Notes: generated by a model not told the origin, from the sequence alone. A DNA stretch of 64,000 bases from Octopus bimaculoides (GCF_001194135.2 NC_068982.1:64996303-65060302), one strand, 5' to 3'; counted from the first letter of the stretch, positions 12,831 to 24,486 are shown. A program made the numbers and translations.

Positions 12831-13108
12831 TCATTTTTTAAAGACAGTCTGGTATGATTTGTGAGTAATTTGGCTGATATGTCTAGCAGGACAAATGACT
12901 CTATAAGAGTGCTCTAGTTTTGTCTTGAGAAGTTACAGATTATTTTCTGAATTAAAACCGTTAGGCACAAAAACCTGTACTATTAAAGAACAGCTTATCT
13001 TTCCATCATTGATTCGCGATCATTCCAAAAGAAAAACATTAAAGTTAATTAACACTTCAACAAATTCCAAAGTGATGAAATGTTAAAAACTTTCGGAATT
13101 CTCTCTCT

Positions 13109-13152
13109 TCATTGAGCCAACGTAAAGTTTGTGGCCATTTTATTTTTCTCTT
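13109..13152 (-). CDS. Candidate exon 5 (last coding) of a compact small-protein gene, KEKNKMATNFTLAQ*
   Basis: Strong acceptor ctttctctctctctccacag; phase 1 matches the preceding donor; TGA at 13111-13109. Confidence 0.35.
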
Positions 13153-13280
13153 CTGTGGAGAGAGAGAGAAAGCAATTGGTTCGATATTGTGTCTTATTAC
13201 TTTTATTGACCTGATATATTACAGGCAGTTGTAATGGCAACCTGCTTTATTACTAATATTTATATGTAATACTGGTATAC

Positions 13281-13312
13281 TTGTATCTACATCTACAGAG
13301 TAAATGACAAGG
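13281..13312 (-). CDS. Candidate exon 4, RLVIYSVDVDT
   Basis: Acceptor ttataacttgtttcag, donor GTATAC, 86-nt upstream intron, frame stays open. Confidence 0.45.
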
Positions 13313-13398
13313 CTGAAACAAGTTATAATTTAAACAAAGAATAAAGTGTTGGTTCAAATGTTTTATTTTCTCGACCATAAATATGCCACAGCCTTTAC

Positions 13399-13456
13399 CG
13401 AAATGCAATTACATCTCGTTCATGTCTTATGTCTGTATCTGCCTTAACCACCAAGA
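13399..13456 (-). CDS. Candidate exon 3, VLVVKADTDIRHERDVIAF
   Basis: Acceptor gttcttattcag, donor GTAAAG, 87-nt upstream intron; the only open frame is phase-compatible on both sides. Confidence 0.5.
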
Positions 13457-13543
13457 CTGAATAAGAACGCTTCACAGTAAAACGTTGGTTCAAGGGAGGT
13501 AACTACATGTAGGTAGCTCACAAAAATATAAACGTTTACTCAC

Positions 13544-13599
13544 CCTTACATAATTTAATCATAATCTGTTGCAAGACTTCAGAGATTTTGACCTGCTTC
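13544..13599 (-). CDS. Candidate exon 2, KQVKISEVLQQIMIKLCK
   Basis: Acceptor tattttttaag, consensus donor GTGAGT, single open frame. Confidence 0.5.
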
Positions 13600-13710
13600 C
13601 TTAAAAAATATAGTTTTGCTACTAATTTATTTCATATTGTGTTTTTTTTTTTTTATCTCCAGATATGTGGGGGAAAAAATGTATTTCGGAATTGTAATTA
13701 TTTGACAAAC

Positions 13711-13715
13711 GTCAT
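13711..13715 (-). CDS. Candidate start (ATG AC) in exon 1
   Basis: acaaATGAC|GTTTGT gives the phase 2 required by the next exon; donor is non-optimal. Confidence 0.3.
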
Positions 13716-13951
13716 TTGTTTCCCCTTTGTTTTTTAAAACCCAATAAAGATTTGAAATGGAAAAGTGAAGGGAATAAATAAAACTTGCACCACGCGCGCG
13801 CGCGCTCACTCACTCGTGTGTGTGTGACTTTGTTTCAACTAAATCGCATGTGTACTTTGGTCTTAGATCCAGGATATTCCCTACCAGGATTAAGGAACTG
13901 GAGGCTTTTGGAAACAAAGGCCTCTAGCATTATACCTAGGCTGAAATTCCA

Positions 13952-14087
13952 TTCTCTAAGTAAACTTTCTCTAAGTAAACTTTCTCTAAGTAAACTTTCT
14001 CTAAGTAAACTTTCTCTAAGTAAACTTTCTCTAAGTAAACTTTCTCTAAGTAAACTTTCTCTAAGTAAACTTTCTCTAAGTAAACTT
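13952..14087. repeat. Perfect 15-bp tandem repeat (ttctctaagtaaact) x9
   Basis: Directly visible; explains the SLSKL/RESLL ORFs. Confidence 0.95.
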
Positions 14088-14229
14088 AAACCAGCTTTTT
14101 GTACACTTGAGGATTCTGACAGAGCCTTACTATTTTTTCCAGACAAGACTAAGAATTTGTGCAAGATAGATAATGATACATATGCATAGCTATTAAACAG
14201 CTTCACACAAACATACAAGAAGATGGCCT

Positions 14230-15430
14230 CTCAAGCCTTTGACAACGTTTACTATGAGGCCAAAGAGATTGTTTCTAGACTAGGAATCGGAGATAGGGTA
14301 GAAACACTAGTAGGAAGAAGGCATTTATAGCAATCAAAGATCATAAACCAAATGACATCTAATCAACCCTGCACGTTCAGAGATTGGCCTGGTAAACAAG
14401 CAGCTCATTAGATGGATCAACAACACTTAGCAAGCCTCCAGCCTTGTCCTTTGATACAATGCCAGTGAAGTTTAAAAACTTATAGTGGTAGGAGTAAAGC
14501 AAGGTTTACCTAATTTGATATAATGGATTTTTATCTGTCTAAATCGAGGCAGTTATATAGAGCACTGAATTTTGCTAGGGTCTACTGAAGTTAGAGAAGA
14601 GGACATAAGCCTTATCATGCATGCCAGAAAAAACCCTGCTTTTCAACAAGGGATTGACCTGGACCAAATACCTTGATTTCTCTAGGTCTCAAGGTTACAA
14701 CAGAAACTAATCTGGAGATAGTTGACTTCCTTGATGCAATCTTAACCTTAGATGCTGGTGCCATAAGCCTTTTAGGAAGCCAAATGAGAGGCTTACATAT
14801 ATTAATACAACTTCCTGTCATCTAATCATAGTGTTCAGGAACCTAGTGAATGGGCCAGCAAAAGAATCTCCAACCAGTCTTCAAGTAGAGATTTTTGATA
14901 TCACTGCCCCATACTATGAGTCCCTGACTGCCAGCACTTTTAAAGATAGAATTAGTTAAACCCACAAAGAAAAAACACCACTAGAAAGCATAAAACTTGT
15001 GTAGGTAAGATCTTTCTTAGCTTAGTGGAATAACATTCCACATACAAATAGGTGCCACAAAATATTATCTAGACATACTTTGAAAGTTTCTTTTAGCAGT
15101 GCATCTAGTATAAATAAATTAGTAAATAGGCCTACACCTGAAACAGAGGTAGGATGCTCATGCAGAAGCAACATCACATGTCCTTTTAAAAGCCACTGTG
15201 ATGCAGAGAGCATATACGAGGCAGAAGTGATGTCAAAGGACTCACTCCAGTGGGCAGTGAAGCATTTGGAAGTATGGGAGAAGGACAGAAGGTCCTTTCA
15301 GAACCAGATTTAATAACCATGATTCCTCCTTCAGAATCCAGGAGAGACCATATATGCCCTGGCTAGGCATGCATGGCTGTTGAAGGAAAGCACCATGGAT
15401 TACAACTTCAAGTGGAGTGGAAAGGTGGAA
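14230..15430 (+). mobile_element. Penelope-like retroelement fossil (RT and GIY-YIG region)
   Basis: Remnant peptides AFIAIKDHKP, LKVTTETNLEIVDFLD, VGKIFLSLV, LKVSFS, CPFKSHC and RFNNHDSSFR; many frameshifts. Confidence 0.75.
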
Positions 15431-15799
15431 GCCTTACTTCAACAGTATCATATATAAAACTCCACCTTCTCTGACATATTGTTTATGCAGAAAAATTGTC
15501 AATAGTAATTTCTTATATTGTAAAGCTATGGATGCGCATCAAGTGCACCTCTTGTGCATCTATAGTTTACATGAAATTACTATCTACAATTTTTTTCTGC
15601 ATATTAAGCATAGCCATTTCCCTTATGACAGCACAATGCTATCTTCTTTCCAACTAATTAGTCTTTTTTTAGTTTAATTTGAGGCCTCTTGATTCTGTGT
15701 TTTGCTTCTATATCTGGAATTTCTTCTCTAAATCTCCATTAAATTTAGCTGCTGAACTAGGTTAAAATCATAGAGGTGTTCCCACCAACAACTAGTCTT

Positions 15800-16200
15800 A
15801 AAGTTTTTTTGTTATAGACATGAGGGAGTTGAGAACATCTTTACTGGCATGCTTAATTCATTATTGAATCATTCCTGTCAGTGCCTCTAGACATGGCTCA
15901 TACAATCCTCAAAAGCCACCTACATCTAGTTTCTTTAGCAACAACCAGATTGTGGAGCATGGCCTTCAAATGCCTTCTCCAAGTCAACAAATACTAAATA
16001 TTAGGGTCTACTCCAAACTATGTACTTCTCCCGCAGTTGTCTCATCAGGAAGATGGCATCATTAGTATCTGTTCTTTGCACAAAGGTGAACTGCAATTTA
16101 TCTTGCCTAATTTTGTCTAAATAAATTGTGCCATGACTCTTTCTGTGACCATAAGCTATCATACTGTTTTTTCTGTAACTGTATTCTTTTGTCCTTGTAG
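15800..16200 (-). mobile_element. RTE-like LINE RT fragment
   Basis: TNDAIFLMRQLREKY followed by VDLEKAF. Confidence 0.8.
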
Positions 16201-16730
16201 CCATTGAAAAAGAATAGTTCTGTGCCAGCCACTGGGTATGACAAATATATGACTATAATGATAATAATTCTTTCAAATTTTTGGCACAGGACCAGAAATT
16301 TTGAGGGGAGAGGGAAGTCAATTAAATTGACTCCAGTGTTCAACAGATACTTATTCTATTGACTCCAAATGGATGGAAGGAAAATTGGACCTCAGAAGGT
16401 AAAGAGCCAAAAGAAATGCTGTTAAGCATTTTGTCCAACATGCTAAAAATCAGCACATTAGTTAATGTCATCATCATCAACAGTAGCATTTTTATATTTG
16501 TTTTATCAGTGCTGGCATAGGTTGGATGTGACTAAGTGAAACAATATTCTATGGCCAGACTCTTGCTAGATCTGATTCCAGTCACCAACTCTTGCCTTTT
16601 TGTCTTTTAAAGTATTCTTATTTCACTAGCCTTTAATCAAAACCAATGAAACTGCTGAGCTCCAGGACATATTACAGGAGACAAAAATTTATTGTTCAAA
16701 CAGCATTAAGACATGTGAAAGCAAGCAAGC

Positions 16731-16789
<59 letters not shown>

Positions 16790-16804
16790 NNNNNNNNNNN
16801 NNNG

Positions 16805-16843
<39 letters not shown>

Positions 16844-17039
16844 GCTTCCCTACAGTTTCTGTCTATCAAATTTCACTCACAAGGTATTGGTCAAGTTTAG
16901 CTTATAGTGGAAGACATTTGTTAAAGCACCTTGCAGTGGGATGGAACTGAAATCAATGTAGCTGTGAAGTGAACATTGTAACCACACATCTGTGATTAAT
17001 GAAAAAAAACAAGATGCAAACAACATGATGCCATAGCAT

Positions 17040-17380
17040 CTCCTCCCGGTACCAGATGGCAGGAGGAAGGAAGTTTATGAATTTTTATTGCTATGTTCTG
17101 GAGCAAGGGGTTATGACTGTGGTCTCTACAAGCCTTATGAGACTTTGAGATTTACATGGCAGACAATCTTCTTGTTTCAAACAGCCACAGGGAAAAATAT
17201 TCATTGGGAGAGAATTCCAGTGGGTTAATATTCTGAGGAGGTAAGACTGTGAATAGTGGCTAGTGCAGGACCAAGGGTGACATAGTGTGGAGGACAAAAG
17301 AAGGAGAGAATAAAGGAGTCAGGAGGGATTCAGTGGAGGCAAGGACCCAGGAACAAGGATTGCAGGTGGTGCACTTGCAC
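17040..17380 (-). mobile_element. CR1/Jockey-like LINE 3' end fossil
   Basis: YSQSYLLRILTHWNSLPMNIFP matches the SFxxRxxxxWNSLP tail motif. Confidence 0.65.
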
Positions 17381-17626
17381 GCACTAAAATTTTTGTGGGG
17401 TGCAAAATCAAAATTTGCACCCCTTTCATACTTTGCCTGGTTTAGAATATAGTGTCTAAAAAGTTGCTTGAAGTTAGGTTTCTTCTCAAAACAAGAACAA
17501 AGGGCAAAAATAAATAAATAAATAAAAGTCCATAATGTTAACTGATGAAGCTGATCATAAGATTCCCAAGGGAATTCTAGAAAGATATACTACTGAACTA
17601 AAGCATCATCAACATTGAAATTAAAA

Positions 17627-17659
<33 letters not shown>

Positions 17660-17660
<1 letters not shown>

Positions 17661-18735
17661 CTCACCCTAAACCTAACTGGTCCAAACTAGTAAAGACTGG
17701 TCCAGACTAGTTGAAACCAGATCAAACTGCTCCTGACCGGTTCAGATCAGTTAAGACCAATCCCAACCTGATCAGACTGATCCAAATTGGTTCAAACCAG
17801 TGAAAACCAGTTCACAGTGGTCCAAACTGGATCAGACCAATGCATCCAACGAATATCAAGCATCATCATAGCTTCAAACATCAAACCCTACCCTAAAACT
17901 AAACCCTAGCCTAACTGGTCCAAACTGGTGCAGACCAATCTAAACTGGTCCAAACCAGATCAGACCAATTCCAAACCAGTTCAAAATGATTCAAACCAGT
18001 TCAGACTGACAAAACCAGTTCAAACTAGGGTAAACTGGATCAGAACGGTCAAAATGAGTTCAAACTGGTCAAAACTCAATCAGACCCATCCAAACCCATT
18101 GAAACTGCATCAGATTGGTTGCATCCATCAAACGTTTTCATCAAACCTGTTCATCAAATTACTTCATCAAACATCATCCAATTAAGTAATCAATTAAACA
18201 TTTACATCAAACATCTCATCTTCATCAAGCATTTTCATCAAACAACTAATTAATTAAGCAAGCAACTTATTAATTGAATAATTAATTAAGCAACCAATTA
18301 ATTAATTAATTAAGCAAGCAACTAATTAATTGAGCAAACAAGCAACTAGTTAACTAATTAATTAAGCAAGCAAATAACTAATTAATTAAGCAAGCAAACA
18401 ACTAATTAATTAACTAATTAATTAAGCAAAGAAGAAACTAATTAACAATTAAATAAGCAAGCAAGCAACTAGTTAATTAAAAAAATTAATTAAGTAAACA
18501 AGATTAGACTGGTCTAAACTGGTCGAAACTGAATCAGATAGTTCAAAACTGCATCAGATATTTTCATCAAGCATTTTCATCAAGCAACTAATTAATTAAG
18601 CAAGCAACTTACTAATTAACTAATTGAAATTAAGCAAGCAACTTATTTACTTAATTATCAAAGCAACTAATTATCTAATTAAGCAAGCATCTAATTTAAT
18701 TAATTGCTTAAATAATTAAATGCTTAATTAATTAA
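17660..18735. repeat. Composite repeat: 10-bp actggtccaa/accagttcaa arrays plus aattaagcaagcaact arrays, with ccctaa-like motifs
   Basis: Visible periodicity; blocks at about 17670-18130, 18180-18500, 18505-18560 and 18580-18735. Confidence 0.85.
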
Positions 18736-19470
18736 TATGATGAAGGTCTTTGCTTGGTGGGTGCCACATCTGACTCTTGATCAAATGCGCACCAGGTTGA
18801 TCACATTACGGGAATATCTGACATTATTTGAGGCAGATCCAACTTGTTTCCTTGAATGTTTCCTAACCTAGGATGAGTGCTGGCTTCATCACTTTGAACC
18901 AGAAACAAAGAGGCAATCCATGCAGTGGAAACACTCCTCTTCACCTGCTCCAAAGAAGGCAAGGTCGTTTCATCTGCAGGGAAGATCAGTTTTTCAGAAT
19001 GCAAAAGGCATTGTGTTTATTGACTATCTTTAAAATGGTCATACCATCAATGGAGAGTTTTATGGCAACCTGCTAAAGTAGTTATGAAAGGTTTATCAAG
19101 GCCAAACACTCAGAAAAACTGATAAAGGGGATCTTATTTCGTTAGGACAATACTTCAGCACATAAGTCCTTGGTTTCAATGGCTGCAGTGCATGACTGGC
19201 TTTGAACCAGTTGGATCACTCTCCCTATTTTAGTGATCTGGTTCCATCTGACTATCGTCTGTTTTCCAACATGAAAAAGTACTTGGCTGGGGACCAATAT
19301 CACTGTGATGATGATGTCTTATCTGCTGTTGATGACTTTTTTGACCAACAGGATAGCTTCTTCACCAATGCAATCCAAGGACTGCAACACTGATGGAAGT
19401 GTGCGGACAGTAAGAAGAGCTATGTTAAAAATGAACTTCATTTGGTCACATTCCATGAGAGTGTCTTGCT
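18736..19470 (+). mobile_element. Mariner transposase fossil
   Basis: WVPHLT, DECWLHHFEPETKRQSMQWKH, DNTSAH and HSPYFSDLVPSDY (WVPHEL and YSPDLAPSD motifs); stops and frameshifts. Confidence 0.92.
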
Positions 19471-19502
19471 CAGCCTCATAATAATAAAAACTATTATTAT
19501 AC

Positions 19503-19640
19503 CTGCATTTGTATTAGTATTAACATTGAAAAAATCCACTTTTTTCATTAAAAAATTTTGGACCTGGGTTTGCACATTCGAAGCAAATTTCATTCCCGGA
19601 CCACAAGGTGGATCATTTTCATGGAGGTTGGGATGAATTG
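19503..19640 (-). CDS. Candidate internal exon, IHPNLHENDPPCGPGMKFASNVQTQVQNFLMKKVDFFNVNTNTNA
   Basis: Acceptor cattcttctacag, donor CAG|GTATAA, 138 nt, phase 1-1, fully open; product not recognised. Confidence 0.55.
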
Positions 19641-20059
19641 CTGTAGAAGAATGCAGTAAGAGGAGATATTTGATTATTTACTCTGTTGCTACTCAAAGTT
19701 TAACACTATGTGTAGCCATTCAGGTGCAGTCAAGAAGAATCATCTCAAGATTCCATGAATGATCATGAAGTGGCAACAGTGTGAAGGTATTTTAGCTGTT
19801 TCCTAAAAATGCACATGCATGCATTTGTGTGAAATAACACAAATGGAATGAGAGGAATAAGAGATTAACAGATGGAGAATGGGGGAAGTTACAACAGATA
19901 AACAAAAATTCAAAAAGTGATGGACAAACTGTAAAACACAAAATAAATAAATATAAGTTGTACACATTGCAACCAAGCTTTCTCTTCTCAAACCTCAAAA
20001 TAAACTCCATACAAGCTAAGAAAATAACCAGACATACAAAAATCACTCTGCTAAACAAG

Positions 20060-20310
20060 CAAACTACATAAAGCCAACGTCATTATAAAAGCTATTCCTT
20101 GAACCAATGAGTGCCATGTACACTCTCATCCTACCGAAAGTAAACAGTAAAATCTCAACAACTTTTCCAGTTGTTGGCATTTCTTTTATCTCAATCCTAA
20201 ATTGTCTTCAGATCATTCATTTGAACATGAATATGAACTTTTATTCAGAGTCCATATCGATTGCTCAGCCTTTATTTCTGCTTCAATAATCTTAGATTCT
20301 GTGTCACAGG
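20060..20310 (-). mobile_element. Possible decayed hAT-like transposase fragment
   Basis: Broken translation IKAEQSIWTLNKSSYSCS...FTFGR loosely resembles the AEIxWAL...SYNSC...FxLG region of hAT-type transposases. Confidence 0.3.
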
Positions 20311-20625
20311 TCAGTGAGACCATATTTTGAAATATTTAAACTCATAGCAGTCATATTCATCATCATTGTTATGACATCGATTTTACCATTGCTTGCATGG
20401 GTCAGACAAAATTTTCTGAGGCAAATTTTCTATACCTGGATGTCATTCTCATCCCCAACCCTCATCTGTTTCCAGGTAGGGAACTATTTCCCCATGACCT
20501 GACATGTTTTCACAGAAAATTGAAAATGAAGGATGCCACTTGCATGATGATGACATAGCTATCATGTCATGTCAAGGTAAGGAGAGTAACACACACCCAT
20601 ACACACATGCATAATTGTTTCTGTG

Positions 20626-20660
<35 letters not shown>

Positions 20661-22559
20661 ACCTCTTTCACTTTCCATCTATGAAATCCACTTACAGGCT
20701 TTGGTTGGTCCAGGGCTATAGTAGAAGACACTTGCCCAAAGTGTTGCACAGTGGGACTGAACCAGAAACTATGTGGTTGGGAAACAAACTTCATATGATA
20801 CAATCATACATGTACCTATTATGCGTGAATTTTGCGCAGCCATATTGGATTTACTGAGTTTTTAATTTGACTAATTAATTAGGTTTTCAATTTGATCAAA
20901 CAAATTGATATTCTTCATAATCTCAACTAAATTATTACTGTATGTAAATCCATAGCATATTATATCCTTCCAATCAGGAACCTTCTAGCTCGTCATCTGG
21001 CCATCATCAATCAGAGAGCTTCTAACTTATCATATGACCTACCATTAAAAGAACGAAATCTCTATTAAAAAATCTCTTTATATCTTTCATAAAGTAAAAC
21101 CCAAATACATTACATTTACAATAAAAAAGAGACGGCTTAAGTTAGAATGTAAATTGAACAATTCTTTGATATTAAAGCTACCTCAATAATGTATTATTGT
21201 CTGCAAAGTTTGTGCTGGGTTTACAAATTGAATTTCTAATTTGACTAATTGATTAGGTTTTCAATTTTACTAATTGTTTTATAATACAGTAGCTTGATGG
21301 TTAACAGTAACAAAACACTGTGTTAGAAATAATTGCCCTAACTTTAAACTTAGCAAAGAAAAAAAAATATTAAAATAAAAGGAGGTAAAGAAATTAAAAT
21401 AAAAATGAAAGGCATGAAAATGAGAACAAATTGAAGAAATATAATAGAATACAAGAGAAAATAAAGGGAAAATGAGAGGAATGAAAGAGAGCTGAAAGAG
21501 TGGATTGATTGAAATATGATGTGAAACATAGAAACATAAGAGATATGGCAAATAATCAGAAAACCATAAAAATTATTTCAATAAAAAACTCGACTTGAAA
21601 GTTGTGGATGGTTGAGTTGGTAGAATACCAGATAATTTACCTGAAAGTTTAAGGGTTCATATCTCATCAATAACATTACGTTGTGTACAAAGCCAAGACT
21701 CAATTTTCCAGTGGAATAGAAACAGCTTGTTGTTGTAAGCAATTGTAGTATTATTAATTTAATTTGAACAAGGTTTCGTTAATTTTCATGTGTTATGTAT
21801 GTGGTGGGTAGGTCTGTGTGTGACCACAAAAGGAGTCAGATCCCAATGTTTTTATCAAGAAGTCACCTATAGATTGATACTTATGAAAATGAAAAGTCAA
21901 ATAATGGATTTGATTGCTTGACAGTGAACATTCAACCCTGGAAAGAAGAAAGCAAGAAAAGAACTCATCTCAAGAATGTAGATTTATAAATTCAAAACTA
22001 TCTTTAAAACAAAAATCATATTTTTTTAATGTCTGAAATATTGGTGTCTTTCAGAAATGAAGAGCCAATTTTTCATTGGAAAAAGCAAGGATCAATTGAA
22101 TAGATCCCATGATAGTATTGGTAGTTATTTTATTGATCTTTGAGGCATGAAAAAAATCCATTCAAATATGACAGGATTTGGGAATTCAGTGCTCAATGAA
22201 CAGAGGCATTGTTGGGCAGTGAAAACTATCAAGTCTCACCAGGGACATGGCAACTTCTTTAGTGTTGGCGCTATGATTAGATGCAGTCAGTATATTCTGC
22301 AAAGTAGTTGACCAGAGGAAGGGTATCTAGTCATAAATTCCATACCAAAATTGAAACATATTAGTGAGACATAGTTCCTGACTCAGGAAAAAGACTAATA
22401 ACTCTGAATAAGAACTGACATAGTTTGCAATGACCCATCCGACTCATAACAGAATGGAAAAGCAGATGTAAGTCAATGATATTATGGTGATACATTAAGA
22501 TTCACTGGAGAAGTTAACAGTGGTTCCAATGGAGTTCTGTTGGCAGCAAAGAGTTTCAA

Positions 22560-22840
22560 ACCCCCTGTGAAGAACAGATTCTAAGATGCTTGTGTATAAA
22601 GTACAATATTACATGGAGGTGAAACAGGAGTTTTGAGTGTAGACAATGTGCAAAGGCTGGGAATGAGATGAGCATACTTTGTTGCATGTATTATGTTAGC
22701 ATGCAATAGTGATAGAGTACAAATAAGCCAAATGATAAAATGAATGTGTAAGAGAGAAAACCAAGTTGGTATGGACATGTAATTCATATGGAGGATGAGA
22801 GTAGGGTGAAGAAATGCCGAGTAATTCCAAGTGTGCTTGT
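22560..22840 (+). mobile_element. RTE-like LINE post-RT fragment
   Basis: gatgcttgtgta...acatggaggtgaaac resembles the DACVRxxMLHGSETW segment, also seen reversed at about 48.9 kb. Confidence 0.55.
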
Positions 22841-22859
22841 GTCTATTGCAAAATTTCTT

Positions 22860-23330
22860 CAATGTTTTGACCACTTGGGTGAATTTGTCTCTTAGCTTCT
22901 TTAGCTGGACATGTCATTGAGATAAACTTTGTTTAGGACAGCTTTTCTAGCCAGCCCTTTCTGTAGGTGGAGAACTTGCTGCTTTCTTAGAAAAGGTTGG
23001 TCTGTCATCAGAACAGTTGCTGAAAGTTGTTTTTACTGTGGTTTATTAACCAGTAACCGTACACCCCTTAATTATCACATGTTGGATTGAGACTACTGGC
23101 AGTCAGTCAGTTAAACCTGCCAACATCATGCCTTACCAATTGCAACTAAAAGAAGGAGTTCCTAATAAAAGCAGTCCAAAAGAAGAGATTCAGACATCAT
23201 TTGGGGCACATGCCAAATCAGTGGAACTTATCCCTAACACAATTTGAAGAACTGACAAAAGGCCACCTTAGCTGGTGCTCACCTGTAGCCAATGGCGTAA
23301 AAGCCTTGTAAGCACAATGATCGGAGTAGT
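22860..23330 (+). mobile_element. Heavily decayed Penelope-like fragment
   Basis: Weak similarity to the linker/GIY-YIG region at 15.0-15.4 kb. Confidence 0.35.
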
Positions 23331-23857
23331 GTATACAATAAACTCATTATTATTATTATTAAGGTAGCAAACTTGCAGAATCATTAGCATGCTGGACAAA
23401 ATACTTAGTGGCATTTTGTCTATCTTTACATTTTGAGTTCAGTTCCGCCAAACTTGACTTTGCCTTTCATTCTTTTGGGGGTCAATAAAAAAAGGACCAT
23501 TCAAACAGTGGGGTCAATGTAATTGGCTAATCCCTTCTCCAAAATTTTAGGCCTTGTGCCTATAGTAGAAAGAATTATTATTATTTATTATGATTATGGC
23601 AGTGAGCTGGCAGAGTCATTAGTATGCTGGACAAAATGCTTAGTGGCATTTTGTCCATCTTTATGTTATGATTGACCTTGTTTTTCATCCTTTTGGGGTT
23701 GATGAATAAGTACCAGCCACGTCCTAGGATTGAACAGGTTTTTATGTGCAAATACACTTTTAGATTATGAGAGTCAAGAAGCCATTGTTGGCAATGGTGG
23801 ATAACTAAGAATTGGTGAAATCTGATCTTAGGATGACAATCACAACAAGCAGTGATA

Positions 23858-23998
23858 TACATTATTTACATTCGACGGATATTTGTCCTCATCTTGTTTG
23901 TTGTTAACACAACGTTTCAGCAGATATACCTTCCAGCCTTCTTCAGGTGTCTTGGGGAAATTTCAAACCTGGGTTCTCATTCCTAAGGTATTTTTCGA

Positions 23999-24029
<31 letters not shown>

Positions 24030-24125
24030 GTTGTTGTTGTTGTTATTGTTCAGGTCACTGCTTGGAATCGAACTCGGAATCTTGGGGTTAGTAGCTCACG
24101 CTCTTAACCACTACACCATATGCCC
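23858..24125 (-). mobile_element. tRNA-headed SINE-like element carrying a hammerhead-containing Penelope-like tail
   Basis: Head GGGCATATGGTGTAGTGGTTAAGAGC...GAGTTCGATTCC (A and B boxes), (TAA/CAA)n spacer, then hammerhead motif. Confidence 0.8.
23906..23951 (-). ncRNA. Minimal type I hammerhead ribozyme motif (Penelope-type)
   Basis: GACAC-CTGAAGA-A-GGCTG gaaggtatat CTGCT-GAAA-CG-TT-GTGTT; stem I GACAC/GTGTT; loopless palindromic AACGTT stem III; stem II partly mispaired. Confidence 0.65.
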
Positions 24126-24389
24126 AACAAACAAATATCCATTGAATGTAAATAATGTACATAATTCCTCATCTCTTAAATATAGAACTGAAGCAGTGTA
24201 ATGTTGTGATGGAGCAAACTTGTCCAACCCTTACCAGCATGGGAAAACATATAGAATGATGATGATGCTCATGTGTTAGCATACTTATGAATTTGCCAGT
24301 GGAAGAATTCTTATCTGTATTTATCTGAAATCATGTCTGTACTTTGTTTAGGAAGATAGCTAAGTTTTAAAAAAAAAAAGTGTTACTAC

Positions 24390-24486
24390 CTTCATCTTGA
24401 TTCCTGACAGACATTTGCAGTGAACCTAATGCAGCAATATGGTTTTCTTTTGCATCAGACACCAAAAACATTGCACAATGAAAGAT
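24390..24486 (-). CDS. Candidate internal exon, IFHCAMFLVSDAKENHIAALGSLQMSVRNQDE
   Basis: Only one open frame, phase 0-1, compatible with 19503-19640; splice sites are weak. Confidence 0.3.

Noticed and set aside
13785-14218. 134-aa and 127-aa ORFs with SLSKL/RESLL repeats
   Set aside because: Open only because the 15-bp tandem unit lacks stops in those frames; no splice or homology support
19682-19802. Apparent AG...GT exon on the minus strand
   Set aside because: Stops in all three frames and only a 40-nt gap to the next candidate exon
24050-24125. tRNA gene
   Set aside because: Has A and B boxes but no acceptor stem or cloverleaf; it is a SINE head, as are the other tRNA-like segments
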